A stretch of DNA of 64,000 nucleotides, taken from Malacoraja senta. Lineage: Eukaryota. How positions within the stretch are numbered: the stretch's first letter is position 1; each line of letters begins with the position of its first letter. Shown piece after piece: positions 36,401-50,645 of this stretch. The DNA is taken from the NCBI GenBank assembly GCA_038087875.1, contig CM075991.1, forward strand, positions 2,542,001 to 2,606,000, read 5' to 3'. The position numbers were made by a program, and so were the translations under genes. A model generated the notes under the pieces. It searched no databases and had not been told where the DNA came from. It was given only the letters and a program-made list of their open reading frames with translations.

Positions 36401-39400
36401 ATTAAATTAGTTTTCATAGTGGATCATGTCGAATTTGAACATGCATGGTAGGATATTAATCTATAATTGTAAAGCAGGGGGAATTATCTTTGAGGAAAAA
36501 GGGTGAATCATCAGGTGGAAGCTCTCTAATGTGGTCCACCAGACTTGGCTGTCTTACAAACCTCTGAAGTGGTGGAGCCAGGCTAATTGGAACAAAATTC
36601 AAATTCATTCCTAAACCACTTCATCTTCAGCCAAAGGTATGGCCACACTGACCAGGAAGCATCTTAATCCATGGTTTCTGGGAGAAATTATGAAAGATTA
36701 ACATAAAAACTGAAAAAGTCCAAAAAAGAATCAAGGGAGCAACTCGTGTGTAACCACAGGTGGGAACAAAAAGGAAAAGACTCCAGGTCTCAGAGGACCT
36801 AATTTGATTAACCACACTGTTCAAAGAAATTACTAAAAATCCATTTGCAAAATCTATTCATGAAGTATACTCATGGTACTGAGAGTTGTGCTGCCGTCTT
36901 CTAATTTTACGTAAGTACTTGGAACAAGACGCGATTCGTTGGTGCTTAGTAGGCTGAGGGCTGATTTTATATAGGCGTATGAAATTAAGAGGGGGATAGG
37001 CTGAATGCAGTCTTTTCCCAGGACATGGGAAATCAAGACCCAGCGGATACATATGAAAGGAGAAATATTTAATAGGAATCTGAGGGGCTACTTTCCCCAC
37101 ACAAAGGGTGGTGAGTATATGATACGAGCTGCCAGATGAAGTAGAGGCAGCTACAATAACAACATTTAAAAGATATTTGGACAGGTACATGGATATGAAA
37201 GGTTTAGAGGGAAATAACTAAGTGCAGGGACTAACTTAATCGGCATGGGCGAGTTAGGCTGAAGGACTGTATAACTCCAAGATGATAGGTGGGAAAAGGG
37301 TAGGTTTACTAAAATAAGGAGGGAATTTGTGCATTGAGTCGGAGGAAGTGGATAAGGTCCTTAATAAGCTCTTTGCATCAGTATTCACCAAGAAGGACAT
37401 GGATAATGATGAGATTATGGAGGGTAATGTTGATATTCATATTAGGGCGGTACTATTAGGTGCCTTGAAAAGCATAAAGGTTGCTAAGTCTCCAATGCCT
37501 GATGGAATCTACCCCAGAAATCTGAGGAAAGCAAGGAAGGAAATTGTTGGGGCTTTGACAAAGATCTTTGTATCTTCTTTAGACATGGGTGAGGTGCCAG
37601 AAGGCTGGTGATTAGTCCATGTTGTTGCTTTGTTTCAAAGTAACAGGAGCAAACCAGGAAATTATAAATTGGTGAGATGCATTAATCTATACTTCCTAGA
37701 ACGAAGCCAAGGGCAAACTATCTATTCCAGGATAACCACTGGAGCAGTCACAAAATTAATCTTTATTGTGATGCAGTAATGCTACCGGTTGGGAAACAGT
37801 TAATAGTAGCAGATTCATTTTTTTATTTTAAAAACATAAAATTTAATGGATGCAAAAATAAAGATGTTTAGTGCTTATGTTACCATGACATCCCAAGTAC
37901 GACCACACATCCTGAATACAACCACAGTGCTCATTAGTGAAATCCTGCTTAAAAGTAAGAACAATAATTCATCTGTGTTTGAGCAAAGAAAACAATAAGA
38001 AATCACAGAATAAATGAGAACTGTCAATAAAACATCAAACTTTTGAAACAAAGTCACATTACCTGCGGTGACTTCAATAGCCCAAAGATCTTTGAAAGAA
38101 TTTCAGACAGAATTTCGCAGGTCCCCAGTATTCATCTTATCTCTGCACAATTGTTACAGGACATTTAATGTAGTAAAGGAACATTGGATCCATCAGCAAA
38201 CTTGTTCAAATCCAAAACCTGTTTCTAACACTAAAATGGGTAAGGACTCAATTCCCAAACTCTGAATTGGCCCAACCTCATCACAAACCGTGGCCAGTGT
38301 GGAGAAGTGTGCAGTATGTTGGCAGATTGCATCGACAATTAAACAGCACACTTCCAGGAAACCAGAGCCATTGGTATTCTAGCATCTCTCAACCTCCCAT
38401 GCAGCTGTTTCCAGTGTTGTCACCAAATTTGATTAATATTGGTTGGTAACAGTGGCTTTGGAAAAAAGGAATGCCTTTTTAATACATTATAATTTTATCT
38501 GTTAAGCATCTGTGCTGTTAGTTCATTGTCCCCTACCAACACCACCAGTAAGTTTAGTTCTCACCTGTCCTTCCAACCGAGACAAGATATGCCCTAAATT
38601 TGTTAAAATAATAAACTGCAAATGTAATGCCTCTTTACTGAAATGTTCATTGTTAATTTTCCTATTCCGACGGATGCCTAACAATGCACAATGTTTAAGA
38701 GTCTCCCATTCATTTTAAAATCCAAGTAGAGTTTTTGCCCAATTTGAATGAAATTTGGTCATTAATCGAAAGATAGAATCCAATTACAAGATAACTGTCG
38801 GTGAGGAAAGCCGCTTAATCCATCATGGGCCATTCATCAAGAATCATCCTCAAATGTCCACAGCAGCATGCACCAGTTTCTCAAAAGCCTGGACAATTTT
38901 CACCACCACTACTATTTCTATAGGTCTCTTCTACATAATCAGTTTCTCTGTGATCCAACATTTTGCAGCTCGTTCCATATTGCCTTTTACCAGCTTTATG
39001 CTGCTTCCTTGTTCAAAACTTACAATTTACTTGAATTTTAAATTGTGACCATTTTCCATAATATCATTTTTTTAATCCTCTAAAAGACTTTGTCCAGCCT
39101 TTCCATACGGCAGTGTTGATGAAAGATTATCTCTCTCCTTATAATGTTGCTTGACATTATAACATGTTCTGTTTTTAACCCCACAAATAGGCTTACACTC
39201 ATTGCTATTCCCTGCACCATCTCCAGGTGGTGATCAGATCAGAAACAAGAGTGGTCGGATCACCAGTTCCTCCAGCTTAATTCACTATCATCTTGGCTGC
39301 ATTGTTTGCTAATCTACTTTGATTGGACATATTTAATAGCAACTGATTCCTTACACATTTATTATAATATCTCTCTCTTGAATGAAAATGTGGAAACAGT

Positions 39401-40877
39401 GTGTTCTGGATTTAAGCAGAGTTAAAAGATACCCAAGCTTACCACTGGCTATATGTTTTACTGCAACTTGTGCATCTGGTGGCACAACATAAACTGCTAG
39501 AATAATGTCAGACAAGGGCTGGTACAATCACTACATGGCAAGTTTCCAATATTGACCTCAGTACAAGGGGGATGCAACAAACTCTAAAGCTATTGGGAGT
39601 TAGCATCTATAAAATGCCATTCACTTTGTAAATGGAGTCGGGGGAAAAGCAAATTTACCTGTTCCAATAAACAAATAATATCCAGCACAGAAGGATCTCA
39701 TAGTTCCATTCCGTTTCACCAATCTGTGATGCCTACTTCTACTTTAGCTTATTCCAGATATACTACCAAGATTTTCTAAGGAATCTCAGCAAAGTGCACC
39801 ATGTGACTGATAATTGCTAAAGTGCAGAATTTGCCTGTCTTTACACAAGTTTTATCAACACAGATCTCTGCATTGGCAAATTCTATGCAGCAATCTGCTC
39901 CTTTATAACTTCTCGTGAATGAATTCATGGTGGAAACAACAAACTCTGATATGTTTAAACCCTTGTGGTGTTCAAGGACACATATTCCATATACTTTGAA
40001 TCTAAATTCAAAAGAATCAGACAAAAATAATTTTCTCCTCAAAACAAACATCCCACAAAAGCTTCCGCAAAACACTGCATACCATCATACTGAAGGGCTT
40101 CATTTACTGCTCGTCAAGAAAAGGATTCACTGCAACCTGTCGGACGCTGGAGAAATGCAATGAAAGCTACAGCTGGAATTTAACCTCAACCACTTCAGAG
40201 GTACAGTTCAATGACGGTTCCACGTTGTGGACAAGTTTTAATAAGCCACAACTAAAGATCTCTGATAACCTAACAGTCCAATTTAGGAGTACATTTAAAA
40301 CATATTAGAGTACATACATAGAACAAAACAAGGCTAGCAAGTGTTTTCTTGGAAGTTCTAATGTTACTGGTACCATAAACTGATCAGCAATTACACAGGA
40401 CAGTAGCCGTACCACGTGTCTGATCTAGCACTCACGAGTGTTGAAGGAGGGGAACAGCACACCATAAAAAAATAGATAAAAGCCACACAAGGCTCAACAC
40501 TCTGCACAGCTGAATAGTTTGCTTGTAAATAAATGTGAAGGTACAGAATATAAAGATGCAAGAATACTCAACGATTGGACCATATGCAAGACTACATGTA
40601 ACTAGCCTGTCACTTGCAACTATTGATTGGACTTTGTATGAAATTCTAAAACTTTCATGGGTTTGAAGAAGTTTTCAGCTCATTCAGAATCACTTTTCTA
40701 TTTGGTGCCTGGCCCACAACTTGCTGTCTGAATAAGTACTACAGAATGAGAAAACTGTAGAACCATGTAGGGCTGTCAGGTATTACATGTCTTTTGATTA
40801 CATCAAATACTTAGGTCAACAAGTTTGTGTGGTTAAGATAGAAATCAGGGTAAGAGAGAACCAACTTGTAATAAGTA

Positions 40878-41097
40878 GGAAAGAACTGCAGATGCTGGTT
40901 TAATTCAAAGGTAGACACACAAAATGCTGGAGTAACTCAGCGGGACAGGCTGCATCTCTGGAGAGACGGAATGTGTGTCGCTTCGGGTCGAGACCGTTCT
41001 ACAGACTGAGGAAGGGTCTCGACCCAAAACGTCACCCATTCCTTCTCTCCAGAGATGCTGCTTGTCCCGCTGAGTTACTCCAGCATTTGTGTCCACC
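40878..41097. repeat. Penelope-derived palindromic repeat carrying hammerhead-like cores (representative of about 25 full or half copies)
   Basis: GACACAAAATGCTGGAGTAACTCAGCGGG...CAGACT followed by its inverse; other copies near 2482, 6320, 9850, 10383, 10695, 13099, 13341, 18661, 20675, 32508, 34630, 55010, 55800, 57420, 60150, 60960, 62690. Confidence 0.85.
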
Positions 41098-41658
41098 TTG
41101 AAATAAGAATCTTTCCATTCAGTTGAATAATATGAACCAAAATCATTTTGCCAACCAGAATAGAGATACAGTGGTATTGCATCTTTAAGCTTTCTGTATT
41201 GATACTGACAGCACTAATTCAGAATTAAAGCTAATTAGTGTCACTTAAAAAGTAGAGTTCAAACTATGCCCAGCACAGACCGCATCATTGTTAAAAGGAA
41301 CTAATATGTTCTCCTCTCCTGAGTAAGGTAATGTTCCAATCGAGGAACAGTTTTAGAAAGGTAGCAGAAAGCTTCTGTGTTCTAGCATTATCTGGAAACA
41401 GTATTTGAGTGTTCAAGCTGGAGCAGAACTCATTATATGAGCTAATACAGCAAGCCTACAACAATTACACATTTGCAAGCCACTGTTATTAGGAGAAGCC
41501 GAGGTTCTACTGCACTTATGTTGTTGTGTATGTTTAATGCCAGCATTGTATAATGTCCAGTACTTGAGTAGTGCATGCCATGGTCGTGAAACCTTCAGAT
41601 GTCACATCCCTGCCATGTGGTGATGCTGATTATCTTTTCCAATCACTCACACCTAGTT

Positions 41659-41894
41659 TTAGATTAGCCGCACCTCACCGTCAGACTCTGGCTCTGGCTC
41701 CAGCTCACACACACCCATAAAATTAATCTCTTTGGTGTTTGCAGCCGACGTGGGTTTTGGCCTCATCTCAGCGTGGTTAGCACTGAGGGACACTTTGTCC
41801 GTGAGTAGGACCATCCCATTCTGACGCTCCATCAAGTATGTTTCCAACTTTTTCAGCAGTTGCTTTGGATTCTTTTTGGCAAACGTTTCAACCT
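41659..41894 (-). CDS. ELMOD3: ELMOD3 last coding exon (EVETFAKKNPKQLLKKLETYL...EVRLI*)
   Basis: ttgcAG acceptor; resembles human ELMOD3 '[21 protein letters not shown]...VWLI*'. Confidence 0.92.
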
Positions 41895-42149
41895 CTGCAA
41901 GGAAATATGACAGATATCTTGTATTCACAAAATAGTGAAAGTTGACATGCAATGTTGAACAACATGGTTTCATATCAGTCTCACTGCATTTTAATTGGAA
42001 GCACCAGGGTAGATTGGGCAAAATATATTGTTCATATTGGTTTGAAGCCAACTTTTCATCTTTAATTTGGCTTTTCCCATATCTCCCATGGGCAACTCAA
42101 TGTTTTACAGTCAAATGCTTCCAAAACCATTTTATGCACAAATATTAGT

Positions 42150-43340
42150 CAGAGAATCAGTCGTGCAGCATGGTAACAGGCTAGTCAATTTGTCTGCCTT
42201 GATTCCATTTGCTTATGTTTGGTGCACATCCCTCTAAACCGTTCCTATCCATATGCCTGACTAATTGTCTTTTAAACATTGTTATGTACCTGCCTCTGCA
42301 ACTTCCCCTCGCAGCTCCTTCCAAATACATACCACCCTCAGTTCCTTGTAAATCTTTCCCTTCTCACCTTAAACCTATGCCCATTAGTTTTAAACTCCCA
42401 TACCCTGGGAGGAAAAAAAACTGTGATCATTCACCATATCTACACCCCTCATAATTTTACATTCAGCCTCTTATGCTCCAGGAAAAAAAGATCCTAGCCT
42501 ATCCAGCCTTTCCCAATAACGCAAGCTCCTCAGTCCCAGTAACAGTGTTGTGAATCTTTTCTACACCCCTTCCACCTTCATATCCTTTCTAAAGCCGGGC
42601 AACCAGAACTGCAGATAATTCTCTGTCTGGTCTCACCTACGACTTGTAAAGTTGTAACATGGCATCCCAGCTCCTGTACGCATTGACCTGACTGATAAAG
42701 GCAAGTGTCTTCTTCAGGTAAATGCCTTCTTCAGCACCTTGTCTGTGTCTCCACTTTCAGGGAACTATTTATCTCTACCCTTAGATCTCTCCGTTCTACA
42801 CTTTCCAGGTCCTACCACTGATTGCATAACTCTAGCCCAGGTTTAACTTACCAAAATGCAACACCTTGCACTGGTCAGAGTTAAATTCCATCTGCCATCC
42901 TTGGCCGACTTCCCCAGATGATCTAGATTTTGTTGTAATCTTAGTGTGATTCCATTGTTATCTTACCCATTGTTCACTGTCCACTATACTACCAACATTG
43001 GTGCTATCGGCAAACTTACTAACCATGTTAACAACACTGTCATCCAAAAGATTAGTACAGATGACAAACAACAGTGGACCCAGCGTCAACCCCTGTGGCA
43101 CACAATTGGTCATAGGTCTCCAAATCTGAAAAAGAAAACCTCCATAACCACCGTCGGACTCCTCTGCCAAGCTAATTTTGTACCCAAGTGACTAGCTCAC
43201 AGTGGAACCCATATGATCACAACTTCCAGACACGTCTAGAGTTCATGGAGACAACGTCCACCACCCTCTCCTCATCACCTCTTCGAAAATCTCAATCAAA
43301 TTTGTCAGATACGATTCACCGTGCACCAAGCCATGCTGAC
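42150..43340 (-). mobile_element. CR1 LINE fragment
   Basis: VPQG..LGPLLF...SKFADST and CR1 3' end. Confidence 0.85.
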
Positions 43341-43456
43341 TATACCTCATATTTTAGGAGTAAGATGTGAGGACCAGTGGGATAATCTAATGTTTCCCTG
43401 ACCTAACACAATATAATGTTCAACGGATTTCACAAAAAATGCATGAAATTTCTCAC

Positions 43457-43584
43457 CTTTAAGAACAAATCCTGAATCACTGATGGTTTTGTGCTGTGTT
43501 TTCCAAATCTGATAAAGATGCAGGAATGCTGCCACGTAGAAATCATTTAGGACTGCAATCACTTGCTGTCTTCGATTACATTCT
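43457..43584 (-). CDS. ELMOD3: ELMOD3 exon ([42 protein letters not shown])
   Basis: AG/GT boundaries, 128 nt phase 2 to 1; ELMO domain C-terminal part. Confidence 0.95.
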
Positions 43585-44150
43585 CTGCCACAAAACACAC
43601 ACACTATGTAGAACACACCCAAAACTTTACATGGTTAGAATAATCCTCTTACAGAGCACAGTAGAGCCAAATATTTCATTATTTTCCCTCCAACTTTATT
43701 TTTGTCTCCTATCCCACTCATTCAGGCAGACAGACATTCACACCCCTTGCTACTGAGGCACGGACTGTTGACTGTGCCTCTGGAATTTGTCTGTCCCATT
43801 ATCTAGCTTTTGGAAAGGGAAGCCCTTTGCACCCAAGATGCCTGCAAAGTGAGCCATGTATATTTTCACTGCGTCTTCCTCGTAGGTTGACGGAACTTTA
43901 TAACCTACGCACAAATGAAGAGTCCATGGTTAACTTCTTGAAATACAATTACTATACAATTAAAAGTCGGCACACAGTCATTCTCAAATTATAAATCTTA
44001 ATGTTTCGGGCCCCAAAGGTTTATTTATTTGGGATGATATGGAGGACAAGGAAAAATTTAATTTGCTCCCAAAATAAATCATTTTCTTTGTGCTTATGTT
44101 TGTCTTCACACTACTCAGGTTAAATTAGCATCATTTGCTGAGTCACCTAC

Positions 44151-44227
44151 CTGGATAGACATTCTTCCCTCAGAGCCTGGATAGCGATTCTGGTGATATT
44201 AATGGACATCAGACAGAAAGGGAAATT
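44151..44227 (-). CDS. ELMOD3: ELMOD3 exon ([26 protein letters not shown])
   Basis: AG/GT boundaries, 77 nt; near-identical to ELMOD3 '[25 protein letters not shown]'. Confidence 0.95.
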
Positions 44228-46265
44228 CTGAAATAAAAAGCAAAATGTTATGTTGTCAGAACATAACTCTGTTGAGGAGATATGGTAGAACATTGACTGA
44301 GGAACCAATATGATCAATAGTTCTCTCACAAATATGAAGATCAAAATGGGTCTGAAGTTTGTTCAGAGGGTAATTTTATTCAATAACAAGAGTATGTACT
44401 AAAAGTCATAGTCATAAAGTCAGAGTGATACAGTGTGGAAACAGGCCCTTCTGCACAACTTGCCCACACCGGCCAACAATGTCCCAGCTACACTAGTCCC
44501 ACTTGCCTGCGCTTGGTCCATAACCCTCCAAACCCATCCTATCCCTGTACCTGTCCAACTGTTTCTTAAACGATGGGATAGTCCCAGCGTCAACTACCTC
44601 CTCTGGCAGCTTGTTCCATACACCCTCCACCTTTTGTGTAAAAAAGTTACCCCACAGATTCCTATTAAATTTTTCCCCTTCACCTTAAACCTACGTCCTC
44701 TGGTCCACGATTTACCTACTCTAGGCAAGAGACTCTGCATCTACCCGATCTATTCCTCTCCTGATTTTAAACAAATATGCTACAGATTTTATATTAAAAA
44801 ATACTAACGCTAAAAAAATAATCAAGACATTCACCATCCAAAAAAAATTCCAAGATTTTTATGTGCTGATTCTTTGTTAAAACTTAACTAGAATGTTTTT
44901 GTTCACTTCAGTTTTCCATGTGCATATGTGTACACGTTTGTAATTGCAGAAAATAAAAGTTCATTGTGCAGAAGGCATGGATAGAATATCAGATGGCGAA
45001 TAGGAAAGAGTTGACACAAATGGGTATTTATCTGATTGGCAAGATGCAATGAGTGGTGTGCCATGGAATTAGATGCTGGGCTCTCAACTTTTTATAATTA
45101 ATTTGACTTCAATGCACCATCAAAAGGCATGATTGTTGAGATTGCCAACGACAGATAGAAAAGCACAGAACTAAGTTGCAGAAAGGATAAAAGAAAAATT
45201 GACATTTGAAGACAACAAAGAAAATAATTTCAAAATAGTTGTGCTACAACGTGATAGTTGGTTTGTTTTTCCCACAGCATTTTCAAGAACAGGTCTTTTT
45301 AATAACTAAAAGGACACAAAGTGTCCAGCACTGTATCCTATTGTGTAAACCAACATCTGCAGTTCCTTGTTTCTACATTTTGATCTCTTTTTAACAGCTA
45401 CAAGTTTAGTATTTTTCCCACCAGCTAAAAATACATATCACTGCACCAGCCAATAGACGTGATTGTTTATCAATTCCAAGGACTACCCACAGTGAAACTA
45501 GCCGCTGTGTTCTTAAGAAACAATAGTGTCTAGTTACTGTGGGGTGGTTACATGGAAACTATTTCTTCACCCCCCCTTCCCCGAGACTGTTTTTTAATGC
45601 AAGACTGCCTTTTTTTCTGTTCATAAATTTCCAAAGTAACTTCTAAGTGGTTGTCAAGTTTTTTATGGAAAATCGTGTTATAACTGATTTGGTCTGTACA
45701 AATAGTGCTCTCTAACTCATCAATAACATTATATCCAATTAGATACGTGTGTTATAGCAGAACTACCTACACAGTATAGGAGGTTGTGAAATTGCCTATT
45801 TTGGCCCCAAAAATAATAAAACCCATCTAATCTAAATGGTGAGAGTATAGAACTCAGATGCAGATGGATGTGGGTATCGACGGCATGCTCCAGTAGGCTG
45901 ATATATTCAAATAATTATGGAAGTTAACAGAATGTCATTGTTTATTAATAGATAAATTGAATATAGATGGAGGAATATGCTAGTTATATAGCGCATTGGT
46001 GAGAATACAACAGCAATACTGCGTGCAGTTTTGATCTTATTCAAGGAAGGAGACAGTGTATTAGCAGTGCAAACGAGGTTTGCCTGATTAATACCCAGAA
46101 TTCAGGTTATTGTATGAGAAAAGGGCTGAACTGGCTAGGCTTGTAACTACTAAAGTTTACAACGAAGGGAATGCAAGAATCTGAGAGATCTTGATAGGAT
46201 GAATACGAGAGGGTGTTTCTTATTGAGGGAGAATTGAGGGAGAATTGAGGGAGTTTCTTATTTTT

Positions 46266-46608
46266 GGCGACGACAGATGGCGCAATGGGCTAAGTGTTCG
46301 GCTGGCAACCGGAAGGTAGCCGGTTCGAATCCCGCTTGGAGTGCATACTGTCGTTGTGTCCTTGGGCAAGACACTTCACCCACCTTTGCCTGCGTGTGAA
46401 TGTGTGTGAGTGATTGGTGGTGGTCGGAGGGGCCGTAGGCGCAGATTAGCAGCCACGCTTCCGTCAGTCTGCCCCAGGGCAGCTGTGGCTACAGAAGTAG
46501 CTCACCACCACCGAGTGTGACTGAGGAGTGAATGAATAATGCGATGTAAAGCGCCTTGAGTATTAGAAAGGCGCTATATAAATCCCATCCATTATTATTA
46601 TTATTATT
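46266..46608 (+). mobile_element. tRNA-derived CORE-type SINE with an L2 tail (AFC-like)
   Basis: A box TGGCGCAATGG, B box GGTTCGAATCC, GTCCTTGGGCAAGACACTT core, L2-type stem-loop tail with (ATT)n. Confidence 0.85.
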
Positions 46609-47309
46609 AGAATCTAAAACTAGGGACAATTGTTTACAAACAAATGCCCACTTAAGACATGAATGAGACAAGATATTTTCTCTTGGAGGGCATAGTCTTT
46701 GAAATACTCTCCCGCAAAGGGTGGTGGAAGCGGAATTGAGATTTTAAGGCAGAAATAAAGAGATTATTGGTGAGCAAAGGGAATAAATGATAATTGTTGA
46801 GGTAATCGTAAGGCTAAAGGTGTCAGGAGTCAAGTCAAGAATCAAGAGAGTTTTATTGTCATATGTCCCGGATGGGACAATGAAATTCTTACTTGCTGCA
46901 GCACAACAGAATATGTGAATATGTAAACATTGTACATAACGGGGGAAGAGAAAAAAAGTACAATAAATAACAAATATGGTACAATAATAATATAGTCTTT
47001 TGCCGTTCAGAGCTTATTCGTTGTTGTGTTTAATAGCCTGATGGTTGTAGGGAAGAAGCTGTTCCTGAACCTGGACGTAACAGTTTTCAGGCTCCTGTAC
47101 CTTCTTCCTGATGGCAAAGGTGAAGTAAGTGTAGATGAGATGAGACATGGAGTTAAGGTTACAATAAAATCAGTCCAGATATTTTTGAATTACAGCACAG
47201 GCTTGAGGAAGTGTACCCTTTGCTCCTAATTCACATGTTACTATTGGGATTTTAATCATAATTCCCTAAGGCCAGCCCTATACACAAGTGTGTCACTAGT
47301 GCTAGCATT

Positions 47310-47880
47310 TATTTCAAGAGGGCTTGTATACAAAACTACGGATGTAATGCTAAGGCTCTATAAGGCGCTAGTAAGGCCGCATTTGGAATATTGTGAGCAA
47401 TTTTGGGTACCATATCTGAGGATGTGCTGGCTCTGGAGAGGATGATCCCAGGAATGAGTAGTTTAACCTATGATGAGTGTTTGTCAGCACTGGGCCTGTA
47501 TTCGCTGAAGTTTAGAAGAATGAGAGGGGACCTCATTGAAACATATAGAATAGTGAAAGGCTTGGATAGAGTGGATGTGGAGAGGATGTTTCCACCAGTG
47601 GGAGAGGCTAGGACTAGAGGTCATAGCCTCAGAATTAAAGGACGTTCTTTTAAGAAGATAAGGAGAAATTTCTTTCGTCAGAGCGTGGTGAATCTGTGGC
47701 ATTCTTTGCCACAGAAGGCTGTAGAGGCCAAGTCAGTGAATATTTTTACGGCAGAGATAGATATTTGATTAGTACAGATGTCAGAGGTTATGCGGAGAAT
47801 GCAGGTGAATGGGGTTAGGGGGAGAGATAGATCAGCCATGATGGGCTAAATGGCCTAATTCTTACTCCTATCTCTTATGA
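47310..47880 (+). mobile_element. CR1 LINE 3' end
   Basis: LGLYSLKFRRMRGDLIETYRIVKGLDRV..RTRGHSL. Confidence 0.88.
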
Positions 47881-49410
47881 CTCCAACAAAATATGAATTT
47901 GAAGTTTTCCTGCTCTCTCCTTTACTAAAGGTGCTCTCTTTTTCTGTAGGTGCAAGTTTTGTAGGTTCAGGTCCAGCGAACACCCTTGAGTACCTCACCA
48001 GAATAATTGGGTCTTTCTTCATGGATTCTGAGGTGCTAATGCTGTGAAACAGCCTCTCAAACTAACGGAGGAAACCGCAAGGGGCATCGACACATTGATG
48101 CGAATGTATTGAATCGAAGGAATAATATCTGTAAAGATATTTTAGGTCAAGTCAAGTCTATTGTCATCTGCCCATGTACAGTGAGGTACAGGTACAATGA
48201 AAATCTAGCTTGCATCTGCATCACAAGCACAGGCTCAAACGCAAAAAAAAATAATCATAAATTACACAATCTAAAAGAAAAACAACCATGCCAAAACCAA
48301 GACATGAGTGCAAAAAATTAATTAGAAGAAAATTAAGTCCTTAATTTAAAAAAATTAGGTGGACCCTAGTCTTCCGTTGTCAAGGTAGGATTAAGGTTCA
48401 GCGGGTTGGTTCACAAACCAAATTTATTTAGTCATACAGCACTGAAAAAGGCCTTTGGCCCTAATTTCCAATGCCAACCAAGATTCCCCATCCAAACCAG
48501 TCCCAACTGCCCACGTTAGGCCCATATCCCTCTAAACCTTTCCTATCCATGAACCTGTCCAAATGTTACAGTACCTACCTCAACTATCTCTTCCGGCAGC
48601 TTGTTCTATGTGTAAAAAGGTTGCCCCACAGATTCCTATTAAATCTTTTCTCTCTCACCTTAAACCTATGTCCCTTGATTCCCCTATTCTGGGTAAAAGA
48701 CTCATACAAAAGATTTTATATACATCTGTAAGATCACCCTCACCGTCCTGTACTCCAAGGAATAAAGTCCTAGCATGCCCAATCTCTCTCTATAGCCCAG
48801 ACCCTCGTCTTGGCAATTCCTACAGCAGGTTCAACTGTGTATATATCATGAATACAGTATATTTTTGAACCTGTTGTAGGAACACCCTTCCTACAGCAGG
48901 TTCAACAAAACTGAACACATTATTTCAAATGCAGCCTCATCAATGTCCTCGATCCCTCTGCTCTACAACACTCCCCAGGGCCCTGCCGTTCACTGTGAAG
49001 GTCATGCTCTGCTTTGAAGCCAAAATACAACACCTCAAACGTATCTGTAGTAAACTCCATTAACCATTCTTCAGCCCACTTACTCAACTGATCAAGATCC
49101 TGCTGTTACTTTTGATAACCATCTTCACTATCTACAATACCACCCACTTTAGTGTCATCTGTAAACTTACTAGTCAAGCCTTCTACATTCACATCCAAAT
49201 CATGGATATAAACCACAAACAGCAATGTGCCCAGCACCGATCCCTGAAGCACACCACTTGTCACGGGCCTCCAGTCCGAAAAACACCATCACCCTCTGGT
49301 TCCTTTCATGAAGCCAATTCTCTATCCAGTCCGCTACCTCTCCCTCAACCCCAGGCGATATGACCTTCCATGCAGAACTTTATCAAATGCCTAATCAATA
49401 TAGACAATGT

Positions 49411-49802
49411 CTACCTTTTTGGTTGTAGGCCCCCCTCGGTCATGACTGACCATGGGTGATGCATCCTAGTTGTTGGCTGCTTGCTCCAAACCTCGGCTGG
49501 AGCAGCAGGTGACGTGTGGTCGGATGCAAGCCTGGGCGATGTCATATGGACGATTGTCTGTTGCCCATGCAGCACGTCCCTCCTCTCCAAAGGAACAGCA
49601 GGGCGGTTACAGTTTGGCACCAGCGCCGTCGCAGGAGCTGCCAGAACGAGGTAGTAGACAACGACGAACTGCCTTAGGGGTCCGACTCCGGATTTTCTTG
49701 AGGTTTACTCCTGGAGCCTTTTCCATGACTGGATATGGCCACAAGGCAGTGGAGGTTGACGAGCCCCATCTGCCCGAGACTCGTGGGGGCGGGAGCGTCT
49801 AC
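49411..49802 (-). mobile_element. RTE-related short non-autonomous element
   Basis: RTE-type 5' UTR motifs (AAAATCCGGAGTCGG, GGTGCCAAACTGTA) and RTE-type 3' end ACCCATGGTCAGTCATGACCGAGGGG. Confidence 0.5.
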
Positions 49803-50645
49803 CTGCAGGTCTGTAGCACCTGCCCACTTCTTCAGAAAACATTGCTGTGTATATATATTGAATACAGTATATTTTTAAAATTAGGTAAAAACTTAGCCTG
49901 ACCTCTGAATGCTGAGAAAGCAGCAAACAAAGCATAGTACGATGGCAAGCCTCAGCCTTCTTAAATGATGGCCACACATTCCTTCCAGCAGAGCGGGTTG
50001 GATGGTAGCAAAATTCTGCGTTAAAACTTCCTTCCCTGGTCTTGAGCATTAACCAAGCACAGCAACTTTTACAATGATCCTGATATTAGCTAACTCTCCA
50101 CAGGTGTGGTGTGGAAACGTCAGCCCACAGACGTCTGTAAAACAGCTTGTCAAAACTTCCTATTCTTAAGGCCACATTGACGGCTCAATCAAAATTCTAT
50201 TGTGCATGCAAAGTCTTCAAACACATGCCTCAAACACAGTCGAAGGTCTGCAATAGGGAGAGGGGGGAATTTGCCGAGGCCCATAATGATATTAAAGGGG
50301 CCATCAATACCCGAGCTACAAGCCCCTTCTACCTACCTACAGCAAGATCCTTTCCCTGTGCACGCCCCTTTTCCTTTTACCCCCCCTCCAGCACACGATC
50401 TTCCCAACCCAACTCCAGTTTACAATTTCCCTTCTCCACAATGGTGAGTGGGCAGAACAAATGTTCTGTGCATATTTAAGCATGCAACAGCCTGATCTGA
50501 TTTGCTTGGGCTGCATGAATATCGTACCCGTGGAGAAACTTGACACTGCCCCTCGTGCAACTTTAACATGAATTTTTTTATGAGCACTGGGATGCCTCAA
50601 CCTTAATGGACTTTAAGCTGTTAAAATGTGCGAGCATTAACTAAC

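Noticed and set aside
34300..41600. Additional protein-coding gene
   Set aside because: Only short AT-rich ORFs with no recognisable motif; more likely ELMOD3 3' UTR and intergenic DNA
46266..46340. tRNA gene
   Set aside because: It is the head of a SINE, followed by core and L2 tail
49700..49802. HDV-like ribozyme at the head of this RTE-related element
   Set aside because: Could not assign P1-P3 pairings; the 5' part appears deleted
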